Below, piece after piece: positions 1 through 12,092 of a stretch of 64,000 nt of DNA (position 1 is the stretch's first letter; each line of letters opens with the position of its first letter). The position numbers and the translations under genes are program-made. A model generated the notes under the pieces. It did no database searches, had not been told where the DNA came from, and saw only the letters and a program-made list of their open reading frames with translations. Source of the DNA: Octopus vulgaris (Eukaryota); the NCBI GenBank assembly GCA_951406725.2, contig OX597815.1, forward strand, positions 13,082,001-13,146,000. The letters are read 5' to 3'.

Positions 1-16
1 AATAATAATAATAATA

Positions 17-550
17 AGAGGCTCTCATGGCTTCTGATCTTAACTGATTGGAAGTGTTATCATTTACGTTGTTTTGTCTTGGTATAAAAGATGGGCTACA
101 GCAAATATTCTGCTCAATACCACAGATTTGCTTGTCAGTTGTTTGACCTTAACCAGTTGAGCATGTCCCTTAGTGGGTGACGATATGTGCATCTCTGATC
201 GCGAGCAGAAGTAGTGGGGGAGCATCATAGCCATGTGTTGAGAGGGATTCTTTGGGGTTTGAATGATTCACCTCTGGAAACATGGGTGGTTCTTTCAACA
301 TCCTTAAACAACCCTTATGCAGGGACCTTTTGAGCGGGATGGGCTACTCAACCTGAAGAAAATTCTAACTGGGCCCCACCTGCAAGGTCATGTGCTGTTT
401 ATCTTGATATGAGACCACCATGTCGCGCACATATGGTTGTGATGCATGTGCCAGGTGTACCCTTATCAGACGAGTAGTCATAATGTGTATACTGGGCTTC
501 GTATATTTTACCCCAGTGTCACTTTGATGACATGCTCTGCTCTCTCACTC
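17..550 (+). mobile_element. Interspersed repeat flanked by (AAT)n on both sides; probably the 3' part of a microsatellite-targeting non-LTR retroelement (Dong/R4-like)
   Basis: Complex ~530 bp block between two (AAT)n tracts. A diverged piece (attcac..gaaacatgggtg..ttcaacatccttaaac) recurs at ~13375-13420. The family assignment is inference from Dong elements targeting (TAA)n. Confidence 0.4.
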
Positions 551-580
551 AATAATAATCATAATAATAATAATAACAAT

Positions 581-653
<73 letters not shown>

Positions 654-655
<2 letters not shown>

Positions 656-1180
656 GAAAGAAGGTTTGAAAATGCAATTTAAAAGATGTTTATTTACTTT
701 ACCGGTTTCACACTTTGGAAAAAGATTGTCAAAAGTAACATGTAGAAGTTTGGTTGCGTTAATTATTGGTTGTTGCAAATTGCTACATTACATATATACA
801 GTCTTTGGTAACAGGGACGTGTTAAGGACATAAAAAAGTTCAACAAGTTCCTTAAAATATTGGGCACAAGAGATTACTACAGAAGTAATCGTTCTCAAGG
901 ACATACTTAAGATAGTTTCCAGAAGGAATTGATATTGGTATTGTATCTGCATATTCAAACATGCACAGAATATTGGTTGACACAGAGTACTATAATCCAT
1001 ATAAATATACATTCTTTGGTGACAACAGTATGTTGAGAATATAAAAAAGTTTAACAAGCTCATTGAAATAATGGGCACAAAAGATTACAACAAATATATT
1101 ATACATCTCAAGATAATTTCCAGGAGGAATTATTAAAAAAGTTCAGTATACACGTACAGAATATTATGAGTTCAAAAAGA
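654..1180 (-). mobile_element. Penelope-like (pLTR-type) non-coding element in (TA)n with a variant hammerhead motif and an internal ~211 bp tandem duplication
   Basis: 654-850 is clearly homologous to 59748-59940. Hammerhead-like motif at 695-737 on the minus strand. aaaaaagtt..aacaag..gggcacaa..gatta occurs at ~832 and ~1043. Confidence 0.6.
695..737 (-). ncRNA. Candidate type I hammerhead ribozyme, U3-A8 core variant
   Basis: Minus strand reads tactt TTGACAA tctttttccaaagtgt GAAA ccgg TA aagta: stem I tactt/aagta, palindromic stem III ACCGGT, GUA triplet; stem II is imperfect. Confidence 0.45.
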
Positions 1181-1196
1181 TTTATATATATATATA

Positions 1197-1950
1197 CGAG
1201 GGGTGTATGAATAGTTTTGAGCCTAACCTAGAAATGACGCTGCTAGATAGCTGAAACAATTTGTTCTTGTAAGTACAGTCTTTTCGGAGTATTCTTGCTC
1301 ATTTTCATGAGTCTGACATTTTAAGTTTTTTGTTGTTGCAGATTTTTGAATAAACAAGTGTCGAGGTTACAAGGAAAATGGAGAAAATTAAGTATCGTGC
1401 TGTCATAAAGTACCTTCATTTGAAAGGCATGACTCCATCAGAATTCCATGAAGATATGGTAAGAACCTTAACAGAAAATGCCCCTTCCTACGCAACAGTC
1501 AAACGCTGGTTAAATGAAATCCAGTGTGGCAGGGTGAGTGTGAAAGATGATCCCTGACCAGGGAGACCTCCAACTACAACCACCAAGGTCAACCTTGATC
1601 TTGCTTTTGGTATGATAATGCAAGATCATCGAATATCATGTCGCCAGATAGCTGAGAGACTGGGCATCTCGACTGAAAGAGCAGACAACATTGTGACAAA
1701 AGAACTTGGGTTCTCAAAGGTTTCTGCAAGGTGGGTCTCTCGCCTTTTGAATCCAAACAGAAACGCACCAGGTGGACTTTGTCCACGAGAAATCTGGAAC
1801 TGTTTGAAGCCGAGGAAGATAATTTTCTTGTTCGTTTCATTATTATGGACGAAAGCTGGGTTCAAAGAACAATCAGAGCAGTGGAAGCACATATCTTTTT
1901 CTACCCAAAAGAAGGCCAGGGTCATTCCTTCAGCTAGCAAGGTCATGGCG
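1197..1950 (+). mobile_element. 5' half of a mariner (Tc1/mariner) DNA transposon, 3'-truncated
   Basis: TA followed by CGAGGGGTG.. TIR-like start at 1197, then a transposase reading frame from 1378; it ends where a SINE fragment begins. Confidence 0.9.
1378..1950 (+). pseudogene. Mariner transposase pseudogene (HTH domains, WVPRLL-like linker, first catalytic Asp)
   Basis: Translation: MEKIKYRAVIKYLHLKGMTPSEFHEDM..ATVKRWLNE..DDP*PGRP..RISCRQIAERLGIS..KELGFSKVSARWVSRLL, frameshift, FLVRFIIMDESWV..QWKH..KKAR..SASKVMA. Contains an in-frame stop and frameshifts. Confidence 0.92.
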
Positions 1951-2156
1951 CCACCGAGCTGGCTAAGCAGAAGAAAGAGTGAGAGAAGGTTGCGGCAAAA
2001 GAGTACAGCAGGGATCGCCACCATCCCCTGCCGGAGCCTCGTGGAGCTATAGATGTTTTTGCTCAATAAACATGCACAACGCCCGTTCTGAGAATCGAAA
2101 CCGCAATCCTACGACCGCGAGACCGCTCCCCTACCTACTGGGCCATTGCGCCTCCA
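1951..2156 (-). mobile_element. tRNA-derived SINE, family C (5' half)
   Basis: Minus strand starts tggaggcgcaatggcccagtagg (A-box-like) and includes gtttcgattc (B-box-like); homologous to 46920-47122. Confidence 0.8.
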
Positions 2157-2543
2157 TATATTTCTTATTTCTATTTTCTAAAATTTTCGTTGCATCTTGC
2201 AACCTTTTCAATAGTCTTGACTCTGTCCGTTATTTACACTGCGTTCCATTTTGTTTGTTTGTGCACATGTGTGTGGGTCAGTGTGTGTGTGTGTGTGTGT
2301 GCCTAAACATGCATACATGTACGTATGTATGTGTGTGTGTGTTTGCATGTGTATGTATGTATATATGTGTGTGTATGCATATGGATGTATGTGTGTGCAT
2401 CTGTATGTACGTATCCTGCATATTTATGTGCTTGCCTGTCCGTGTTTGTGTATTTTCTTTGTATGTGTGTATGAGCATGTGTTTGTATATGCATGCACCT
2501 CTGTCTCCTTGTGTGACAGTATATATATATATCTATCTATCTA

Positions 2544-2595
<52 letters not shown>

Positions 2596-3981
2596 ACAAA
2601 CAACACATCTAAGGGCATCCACCTAACATATTACATCTCGAACATAATTATTTTTTTATATATACATGTGTGTGTGTCAGCGTGTGTGTGTGTGAGTGTG
2701 TGAGTGTGTCTATATGCAGTAGGGATGGCATATTTTACTCCTTTCTTGTTGCTTAAACGAAGTCGTTTAATAGAAATACGCCCTAAGCTTTCTAGACAAG
2801 GCAATCCGAAGATTACAGAAAGACTGAAATATCCAGTATTGAAGTCGTTGCGTATGATGTCAACGCTTAATTTGAAGGAAGTTTTGCTGATTCGTCTAAT
2901 CATCACATTGAAGATCACGCCTTTGTTATTTAATTACTTTGATGAAAATGTTATTAGTGTGGATAATTCGAATTTAATGTAGGTAAAATTTTCTAAATTA
3001 TGATACCTTCCTTGTAATGACAATATCTCTGAATCGCACACAATGTTTTACTCATCATTTTGGCAGGTTTTTCTTCCGTCAGGTATTTTACTCAACTGTT
3101 CCTATTTTATTATTTCAGCTATTTTGGGATGAGATATTTGTTTTCTATTATTTTCGATAAGTCACTGTAACTTGAATTTTCTCCTTGTGTGATGTTTATG
3201 ACATGAATATTATTCAAAGTGCAGCTAGAGTAATGTATGTTAAGTTGTCAATATGATTGGTGTTGAAAAATTCAAGCACTGGATTGATAATAAATAACTC
3301 ATCACAAGTTATTTTGATTGCTTCGTGTCTTAGAATATCAATTAATGTTTACTATTTTCTGCTGTGCTACCGAATTTGTGGCCAGCAAACTAGAAACAGA
3401 AATAATCATTAATTATAAGATGACTGACAAAAATTTTTGTTAATTTACTTTAAGATGCAATTTAATCACAAATACCCACGACCATCTATAACGCTTTTAC
3501 ACTAATGAGATGTTACAATTTCAATTATATAATTGTGGCTACTTACATGGAATTTTTCAGAATAACATGATGGTCTGTGGGTAAAATTTATGTCGAAGTT
3601 TCACAAAGAAGACTTCAATACGCAATTCGGCACCAAATACATATCATCAGCTGTGTTTGCTGCATCTACATAAAAGGTTCACATCTAAATCATTCCTTTC
3701 AAAAGAGACCTCTCAGTCTCCTTTAACCATTCGCTCGCATCGCTGTCATTAGCATCGTGGCAACTGTCATCACATGCCCAATTATTGCCTATATTAGCAA
3801 TTATGCTTTCAGCGAGTCAACGATAAATGATCTCAAGAGTCATATCACCATTCCGTTGACATAACATCGTATAATCATTAAGCAAGAGCAAAATCACTAT
3901 CATTTTTTAATGGTTTCTTCGTAATTTACGTTTTTTTTCTTTCTTGTTATCTTTTAGCCTCACGTGTGATATCGTTTTCCT

Positions 3982-4438
3982 CTTACTTGCACTCATCATT
4001 TGACAGCGGCCATGCTGGGGCAACGTCTAGAACGGCTTTCGTCCAACAAACCGATCCCAACATGGTTTTTATACCAAGTAGTATCTTTTATCGCTCTGTT
4101 AATTTACGGGACGTAAACAAACCAACACTGGATGGCACGCGCTAGGGTGGGATGGTAAACCAAGATAAAAATACAAAGTCACACGCATACAAACACTCAT
4201 ACACGCGCACGCATGAGTACGTACATGAACATGCACACACTCCTACTCATACATACATCAGTACATACGTACGTACATACAGATACATACACACTAACAT
4301 ACATACATACATACATACATACATACATAATACATACATGCATACATACATACATAAATACATATATACATACATACATACATGCATGCATACATACATA
4401 CATACATGCATACATACATACATACATACATACATACA

Positions 4439-4472
<34 letters not shown>

Positions 4473-5065
4473 CATATATACATACAACAAACATTCGAGG
4501 CGACAGGTCGCGTATTTGGCGTGGGAGACTATTTATCCAAAACACGATGAACACTATCTCCAACGTTGGCGCCACAACTATCAACCTTGTTAAATAACTG
4601 GTTAATCTTCAGATGAATGAAGTGGGGGAGCCTTTTATTGACGATCGTAGTGATATTCGCCTAATCTTAAATTTATCATGCAGAGAGTAACTGCAAACAA
4701 CATGGCTGGACACAACATCAACAACAGCACAATCGTGTAACAGAACGAAAACAACAGCTCAACATATACATACATGTTGATGTTGAAATTCCAGTGAAGG
4801 AATCTTGGATCTAGGTTATAATCCGCTTCTTTCTCTATTGACAAGAAATCTTGAAATAAACTGAATAACGGCACACACACACACATACATACACATATAC
4901 ATACATATATTTTTATATCTAATACGGACTTCTACGGGATTTCTGTATAGCTAATATAGTCACAAAGGCTGCAGCTGCCCAAGAAGCCATATGGCTAATG
5001 AGCTGCGAATGGGACCCTACCCTAAACTACGTACTTGCCAACAAATCAAGCCTCTTACCAGTACA
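3982..5065 (-). mobile_element. Old diverged SINE family A copy whose internal microsatellite is expanded and interrupted by a second element
   Basis: tcatttgacagcggccatgctgg..gggacgtaaacaaacca (3995-4130) matches the family A 3' half; 4925-5065 weakly matches the 5' half. Confidence 0.5.
4490..4870 (+). mobile_element. Short interspersed element next to (CATA)n; second copy at 20340-20433 on the minus strand
   Basis: gaaattccagtgaaggaatcttggatctaggtta..ctttctctattgacaagaaatcttgaaata is shared in reverse complement with 20340-20433; both copies adjoin CATA/TATG repeats. Confidence 0.55.
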
Positions 5066-5313
5066 ACAATTCTTTCTCTCTCTCACGTCCTCTCTTTCTC
5101 TCTCTCTATGTATGCATATATATATATAACATAGCTTCTACAATATGCACAAAGGCTCAGATGTCATGAGAGGGGATTAAGGGATTACGTCAACCCCAGT
5201 ACACAACTTGCGCTTGATTATAAGTGCGGTGAAAATGCAAGGCCTAGTCGAACTCGGTGGAATTTGAACTCAGTATGAAAGATAGGGGAATATATATATG
5301 TGTGTGTGTGTGC

Positions 5314-5372
<59 letters not shown>

Positions 5373-5486
5373 CATGTGTGTGTGTGTGTGTGTATATATA
5401 TGCATATATATATATATATATATATATAACATTATTGGTGAATTGAAGAAATGGAGCTGAACGCAGATTGAACAGAAATCGTTTTA

Positions 5487-5576
5487 TTTCATTCTACACG
5501 TGTTTCGAAAGGCACAAATTACCAAAATCCGATGGAATAATGGGACCATATTGTGTCTTTCTCTTCAGGAAGAAAA
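5487..5576 (-). ncRNA. Type I hammerhead ribozyme with extended stem II
   Basis: Minus strand: ttttcttc CTGAAGA gaaagacacaa..ttgtgcctttc GAAA cacgtg TA gaatgaaa. Intact CUGANGA/GAAA core, palindromic stem III ACACGTGT, GUA triplet. Confidence 0.7.
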
Positions 5577-6054
5577 TAGGAAATCCGTTGGAAAAACAAA
5601 AACAGAACAGAGGCGGAGCAAAAACAAATCGAACTATGCTCCTAAGAGCCCATGGCGAAACTGTTTATCAGTGTATGTTGAGAACCGGTGGCTGAAGAAT
5701 TCAACGGGTCAGGCATCGGTCAATCATGTGGGTGAGGGGGCGTAGATGTTCTTTGTGACCGAGAATAAAGTTCTGACTATTTAAGGAATATTGGATGTTT
5801 TATAAGGGGCGAGAAAAAATCTACTTAGAGACGTGTGTGTGTGTATACTGTTCTATATACGTGTGTGTTGGCGTAGGGGTAGAAAACATTTTTTGTGTAC
5901 GTGTGTGCGTTTGATCGTTCGGCTGTCAGTGGCTACTGCCGTGACGACCGTTGGGTGGCAGAAAAAATATATATACATCATGTTTTATGTGTGTGTGTGT
6001 TCTCATCTAAACCTGCCTTGTCAAGGAAACCCCCCGCTGTGAAAAAACCAAGCC

Positions 6055-6137
6055 CCTGAAGAGAAAGACACAATATGGTCCCATTATTCCATCGGATTTT
6101 GGTAATTTGTGCCTTTCGAAACACGTGTAGAATGAAA
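6055..6137 (+). ncRNA. Second copy of the extended-stem-II hammerhead; the 5' strand of stem I is replaced at the inversion junction
   Basis: CTGAAGA at 6056-6062, GAAA at 6118-6121, GTA at 6127-6129; upstream agccc pairs poorly with gaatg. Confidence 0.55.
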
Positions 6138-6345
6138 TAAAACGATTTCTGTTCAATCTGCGTTCAGCTCCATTTCTTCAATTCACCAATAATGTTCTAA
6201 TTTCAATTATCCGCACCAACGCACGGTTGCAACACCATATGGTTGTACCTCCAACCGTGCTGTTTTACTGCTGTGATTTTTGCTATAAGGTATCGGTTAA
6301 ACTTTTGATTAATCTACTACAAGATTATTCATCTTTCTATTTCAC

Positions 6346-6410
<65 letters not shown>

Positions 6411-6534
6411 ATATGTATATATAATATGCATACAATAAAGCTATAATGCGTATCTATTTCAATTTCTAAGAATTTATATAAATCTACCTAGTCGACCTCG
6501 GTGGAATTTGAACTCAGTATGAAAGATATGGGAT

Positions 6535-6566
<32 letters not shown>

Positions 6567-6625
6567 CATGTATATATATATATGTGTGTGTGTGTATGTA
6601 TATATATGCATATATATATGTATAT

Positions 6626-6700
<75 letters not shown>

Positions 6701-7158
6701 TGTAGATATAATATGCATCCAATAAAGCTATTATGCGTATTTATTTCAATTTCTAAGAATTTATATAAAATCTGCCGATTACAAGTTGTTGTTTTTTTCC
6801 TTTCTTAACAATGCCTTGATTCCACTTATTACTTTAGAAACATTGTAAATCTATTGTAACTTTAAAGAAATTATTTGAGGTAAACAAATATGCATCTAGA
6901 CTGCAATTGTTTACAAGTAGGATATATTTATCGTATATATTAGTTTAAGTGAATATTAAGATAAAATGTTTAGCCGATATGAACTAAACATAACGGAAGA
7001 GAAAATAGATATCAGAGATAAAATTTCAGTTATCTAATATTAACGTTAAATATTTGTAAAATATTAAACCTTGAATACTTTCATATTTACGCATTTTATT
7101 TGCGTTTATTAAAAATTGATCGTTTCCTTTCATAGATTAAATATTTGATATATATGTA

Positions 7159-7248
<90 letters not shown>

Positions 7249-7303
7249 GTGTGTATATGTATATACATATATATATACATAAATACATACATATATACAT
7301 GTA

Positions 7304-7353
<50 letters not shown>

Positions 7354-7541
7354 TATATATATACATATATATATATGTACATACATATATATCCATATAT
7401 ACATGTATATATGTATGTATTTATGTTTATATATATATACACATATGCATATATATATATATATATATATATTCTATTTATATGCTTCTTTACTACGCTG
7501 CCGGCGTGATATATACTTACATACTTACATACGCACACACA

Positions 7542-7579
<38 letters not shown>

Positions 7580-7699
7580 TACACACACAAACATATATAT
7601 ATATATATATAATTTCAAGTTAGTTAGAGGTTGTGAATCCAACCAACTGAGGGATAATATGTGTCCAATATACTGATGGTAGAATACCCAATTATTAAT

Positions 7700-8390
7700 A
7701 CACAAGTGATTTGTCATTGCATAGCAATTACACTACTGCATGTAATAAATGGATGGGGGCAAAATGTTGTTTTACCCTTGATTTATACGGCAATAAGAAA
7801 ATCGAGTGGATCAAGAGGTGGTGCGATGGAAACTTTTGATAAGACCTTACTTGACATAAAAGGCAACAATAAGTCTATGGGAGGAGTTGCATAAGTTGTA
7901 TTAGGAGATTTCAGACAGATATCACCAGTCATTTCTAGACGAAGAAAAGCTGATGAAATATAAGTATGAATTAAGTTTTCACTCCTATGAAATAAAGTAC
8001 AGAAATTCTCACTCAATACTAATGTGCAAAACAGTTTTCAACCTGGCTCTTCCAATTAGGAAATGAGCAAGTACCATTTGATGGGAATGGTGACATCAGT
8101 TTGGCTTGACTGTTGGATATGAGTAGAAAAAGCTAACCTTCTGCGAACCATATCTTATCAAAATGACATAGTACTTTCATCCCAATTGATCAGGTGGCAT
8201 TGTGCTGAAACTCAACCTTTGTATATGTTACAAATTGGACAATCATTTGTGACACGGTTTAGCGATCATTTAAAAACGGAATGAGCTGCTAGTCCCCCTG
8301 GGGTAATAGTGGCAGAATTTGTTGTTTTACCTTGGGGAGAAGCAATATTGTTACAAAAGTTTTCTTGTGCCAGGGGTATCAACAAAGAAA
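7700..8390 (+). pseudogene. Helitron Rep/helicase relic (PIF1-like helicase motifs)
   Basis: From ~7826: METFDKTLLDIKGNNKSMGGVA*VVLGDFRQISPVISRR..ADEI..VQKFSLNTN, matching the Helitron helicase pattern GG..V.L.GDFRQILPV. Many stops; outer boundaries are approximate. Confidence 0.8.
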
Positions 8391-9949
8391 ATTCCTCCGC
8401 TTGTTTCTCTGACTGACGAAATAATTTTATCATATGCACAACGTTGTACTGGAAGAATTTTAGGTTCATGTTCATTCACAAAAATATGTATGCATATGCA
8501 ATTATGTATATATGTATACAAAACAGACACCCATTCACACACATTCTCCGTCTCACACACTCACGCAAACACATACACACTACATAAATATATACAGACG
8601 CACATGCAAAACACACGTGTGCATATGTGACTGACTACAAATAGGCGCAAATATAAAATAAATAAAAACTTCTTTATTGAAATTAACGAAGAGTGCAGGT
8701 TCAAGCGAAATTTGTACAATTTCGCCGTTGTTACGTCTATACCGGAAATTGACGTTGAGAAACATTTTCAAAGAAGTGAAACATGTATATAAAGCAATTT
8801 TATTTATTTTCAATAACAAAAATATAATAAACTGAAGAGCCTGTTACGTCTTCTAGGTCAAATTATTCATTTATCCCAAGTATGGCAGCACATTTTGCGT
8901 AGACATTTTCGCATGGAAACCGAATACACAGAGACACAGACACAGACATACACACATATATATATATATATATATATATTTATTTATGCATCTACAGAAA
9001 TAGGTAGTTTCTTTCATGTTGTCGTGTCCCAAACGATTCGGAAGTTAACGATCGATAGAAACAAGAGCCGGCTTGTTGTGTACCAGAATAGGCGCAGTCT
9101 ATTGAGTCTATCTTTAAATTATGATTAGTGATGTTTTTGATATATTTTTATTGAAATATATGTGGCAATGCTCTCCTTTGTACAAAATACATATAAAATG
9201 CGACCAAATCGTGTGGCATATCACCATATCAACACTGAATAACTTGTATACACTAACATAAGCAGTTTATATTTTTTAATATCATATCAAAAATTGTACA
9301 AATGCAAATGGATTACTCAACAGAATACTATTTTACAGCATGGCTTAAAATATTTACTTTTCATATAAAATAGAAACAAAAGGAAAATAAAATACAGCAA
9401 AACTAGACTAAATAAAGCTAAAAAACACATATCTGTTGAAATATATTGGATCCGGAAGGAGAGAAATATTGAACTAATGAAATATTCTTCGGTTATCTGG
9501 AGTGTAACTAAATAAAATACGATTTATATTCACTGCTTCCGAATTTTTACTATTTTACTGAGTTTTAACTATTTATTTTTATGCATGATGTCATATACAC
9601 AGCGTCAGTATGTTCGAGCAAAACAATAAGGATTTAATTATTGGACGTATTAAATATACTACGAAGATCTTCATTTTGCCACTTTTGAGGACATCTTGCA
9701 TTATAATAAAAATGTTCATTCTGATTGAATTTCACACATTCTATTAAATGAAAAGACAGTGAAAATGCCTGCTATATTTTATTTCGGCTGAATGCACGAT
9801 AATTTCATAAGTTTCATTGTTACAGGTATTTTTGGAAATGTTTACGTATATGTAATTATGAAATATTATTTAGCATTTTTCTACATCTGGGAAATTATTT
9901 CACATATTTAAAGTTTGAAATGCGAGAATATGCTTCTGGTCGTACAATA

Positions 9950-10074
9950 ATATTAATAATAATAATAAATAATAATAATAATAATAATAATAAGCATGGT
10001 GATGGCGATGGTAATGATGATGATGATGATGACGATGATGATGATGATAATAATAATAATATTAATAATAATAA

Positions 10075-10105
<31 letters not shown>

Positions 10106-10260
10106 AAGAAGAAAAAGAAGTAGAAGAAGAAGAAAAAGAAGAAGAAGAAGAAGAAAAAGAAGTAGAAGAAGAAGAAAAAGAAGAAGAAGGAGAAGAGGAA
10201 GAAGAAGAAGATGAAGAAGAAAAATAACAACAACATGAAGAAGGACAGCAACAACAACAA
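9950..10260. repeat. Compound trinucleotide microsatellite (AAT)n(GAT)n(AAT)n(GAA)n(CAA)n
   Basis: Read directly from the sequence. Confidence 0.95.
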
Positions 10261-10261
10261 A

Positions 10262-11090
10262 GCTGAGGGGGAAGATTTCATATTAGCTGCCCAAGACCAA
10301 AGCTTATTAACCCGGAACTACCAAGCCAATGTGATAAAAAATGGAGCTGACCCAAAATGCCGATTCTGTAACGATGAGATTGAAACAATAGACCTCCGAA
10401 TCTCAGGGTGTAGAGTCTTAGCACCTGCAGAATATAAAGCAAGACATGACAGAGTCGGCCAGTTTTTACACTGGACAATATGTCGGCATTATAAAATTAA
10501 AACCGCTGACAAATCGTATAAACGCCATCCTGAAGCTGTAACTGAGGGAGAAAATGTGTCGATTCTATGGGACTTCCCCGTACAGACCGACAAAACTCTA
10601 AAAGCTAATAAACCGGATATCATTATAAAAGATCTGACAAAAATGGTGTGTTTATTAATTGACATGAGTATTCCTTGCGACAAAATATAACGGCGAAAGA
10701 ATTTGTCGAGATCAGTTAATATAAAACTTGCTAATAGAAATTGAAAAACTGGCATCTCAAGTCGACAACAGTATCGGTGATTGTAGAATCTCTAGGAATG
10801 ATAAAAAACCTATTTGAAAATGATTCCAGGCTTACTGTTCCTACAGGAAGCGCAAAAAGTCGTGTTAACTGGAACGGCTCATGTACTGAGAAGAGCATTA
10901 TCGCTGTGAAAACAAAATCCATTCATGGATATATTTATTTAGCCATTTTGTAAAATACATATTTTACCTGTGGATTTGCGTGTGTAATCTAGGAATGCAT
11001 ACAATGAGCTTCTCTGCCCCAGTTGTACAGAAAACACTTGCCGAGAAATGGAGGATAATTTGAAGAAGGAATGAAAATATGATAATATCA
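10262..11090 (+). mobile_element. 5'-truncated R4/Dong-clade non-LTR retrotransposon (zinc knuckle plus restriction-like endonuclease) with 3' UTR
   Basis: FILAAQDQSLLTRNY..KCRFCNDEIETIDLRISGC..EYKARHDRVGQFLHW..ILWDFPVQTDKTLKANKPDIIIKD..CLLIDMSIPCD: CCHC-derived knuckle, RHD, and PD-(D/E)xK region. The 3' UTR is shared with 41330-41500. Confidence 0.9.
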
Positions 11091-11409
11091 TGCACAACAA
11101 AAAAAAAATAAAGTGGTAATCACTTGTTAACACATATTGTCTGCACAACTACAAAAAACTGTAATCCAAAGAAAAACTTTTGAAAAGAAAAGAAAGATTC
11201 CAAAAGAAGCAGAAATTCAGAAATTCAAAATTTAACAAGGAGGACATCTCTTCCTCCTAGTATTCCGAAAGGCTGGAATATCTACAATTTCCGGTCAATA
11301 TTTTAAATTTATCATAATACGTTAGGGAACTTAGATAGCTACAGCTTTCGAATTCAGAAACGATCGGCTTTAAGAAAAACTTTATTATCTACAACGTCTG
11401 TGAATACCT

Positions 11410-11710
11410 ATCCGTTCCTTTCTCCCTGAGAATTCGAAAATGTAAAATCCTATTTATTCGAAGTAATGTACAGGTTTCTCTGTTTGGACAGACAAAAGAT
11501 CATCTCCAATAAATTTTAAAACCTTAGCACCTAAAATTTTCAATGAAAATCTTACCTTCCTTTTTTTCCTTTCCCTTCTCCCTGAGTATTCGAAAATGTA
11601 ACCATCCGTTTCATAGCAAAAAATTTACTGTATTCCCCAACTGGACTGACAAACGAACATCCCAAGAAAACTTTAAAATTTTAACATATTAAAATTTCCT
11701 ATGAAACTTA
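11410..11710. repeat. Diverged ~156 bp tandem duplication
   Basis: tctccctgag(a/t)attcgaaaatgtaa occurs at 11421 and 11577, each followed by tggac(a/t)gacaaa..tttaaa. Confidence 0.65.
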
Positions 11711-11887
11711 TCGCCGACTACCCAAACATACTTTTTATTGCAACAACACAATTTTAAATTTTATATTTTTATATATATTGTAAATTATATTAATTATTTT
11801 AATTTTTTTGGGGTTTTTTTATGTTTTGGTTTATGGTTTTCACCTTTGATTTCCCTAATTATCTCTAATTTAATTCATATATATATA

Positions 11888-12092
11888 GTTAATCCAAACA
11901 AGAAAACACAAAAAAACACAACAACGCGAGGACGTGGAACAAATATAGTATTATTGGACGCTCAGGAAAGAAGGGAAGAAGGAGGGATTAACGTTTCGAG
12001 CGGAGCTCTTCGTCGGAAACATAGGAGAAGGAAAGATCCCGAGAAGGGCAGACAGAGGAAAAGAAATCGCAAACGGTACACACGAGGTCACA
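11888..12092 (-). mobile_element. ~200 bp non-coding (TA)n-embedded element with hammerhead-like hairpin (family D)
   Basis: Near-identical to 24939-25122 (-) and 49922-50119 (+); contains ccgacgaa gagc tcc gctc gaaacg on the minus strand. Confidence 0.75.

Larger units (their letters stand above)
5428..6348. mobile_element. Penelope-like non-coding insertion with ~142 bp inverted repeat (5428-5569 / 6055-6196) carrying hammerhead motifs
   Basis: The two arms read as exact reverse complements; the element sits in a (TA)n tract and is absent from the duplicated copy at 6488-6773. Confidence 0.8.
5244..6773. repeat. Local tandem duplication: copy 1 (5244-6487) carries an insertion, copy 2 (6488-6773) is empty
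   Basis: ctagtcg(a/c)ctcggtggaatttgaactcagtatgaaagata occurs at 5244 and 6488; ataatatgcat..aataaagcta..tttcaatttctaagaatttatata occurs at ~6421 and ~6708. Confidence 0.85.

Noticed and set aside
2704-2982. 92 aa ORF or possible exon
   Set aside because: It starts in a TG repeat, has no recognisable domain and has no convincing splice pair.
8660-8800. GAAA-CATG-TA motif here, and a similar one near 40843-40915 (-), as further hammerheads
   Set aside because: No acceptable CUGANGA core with a matching stem I could be placed.
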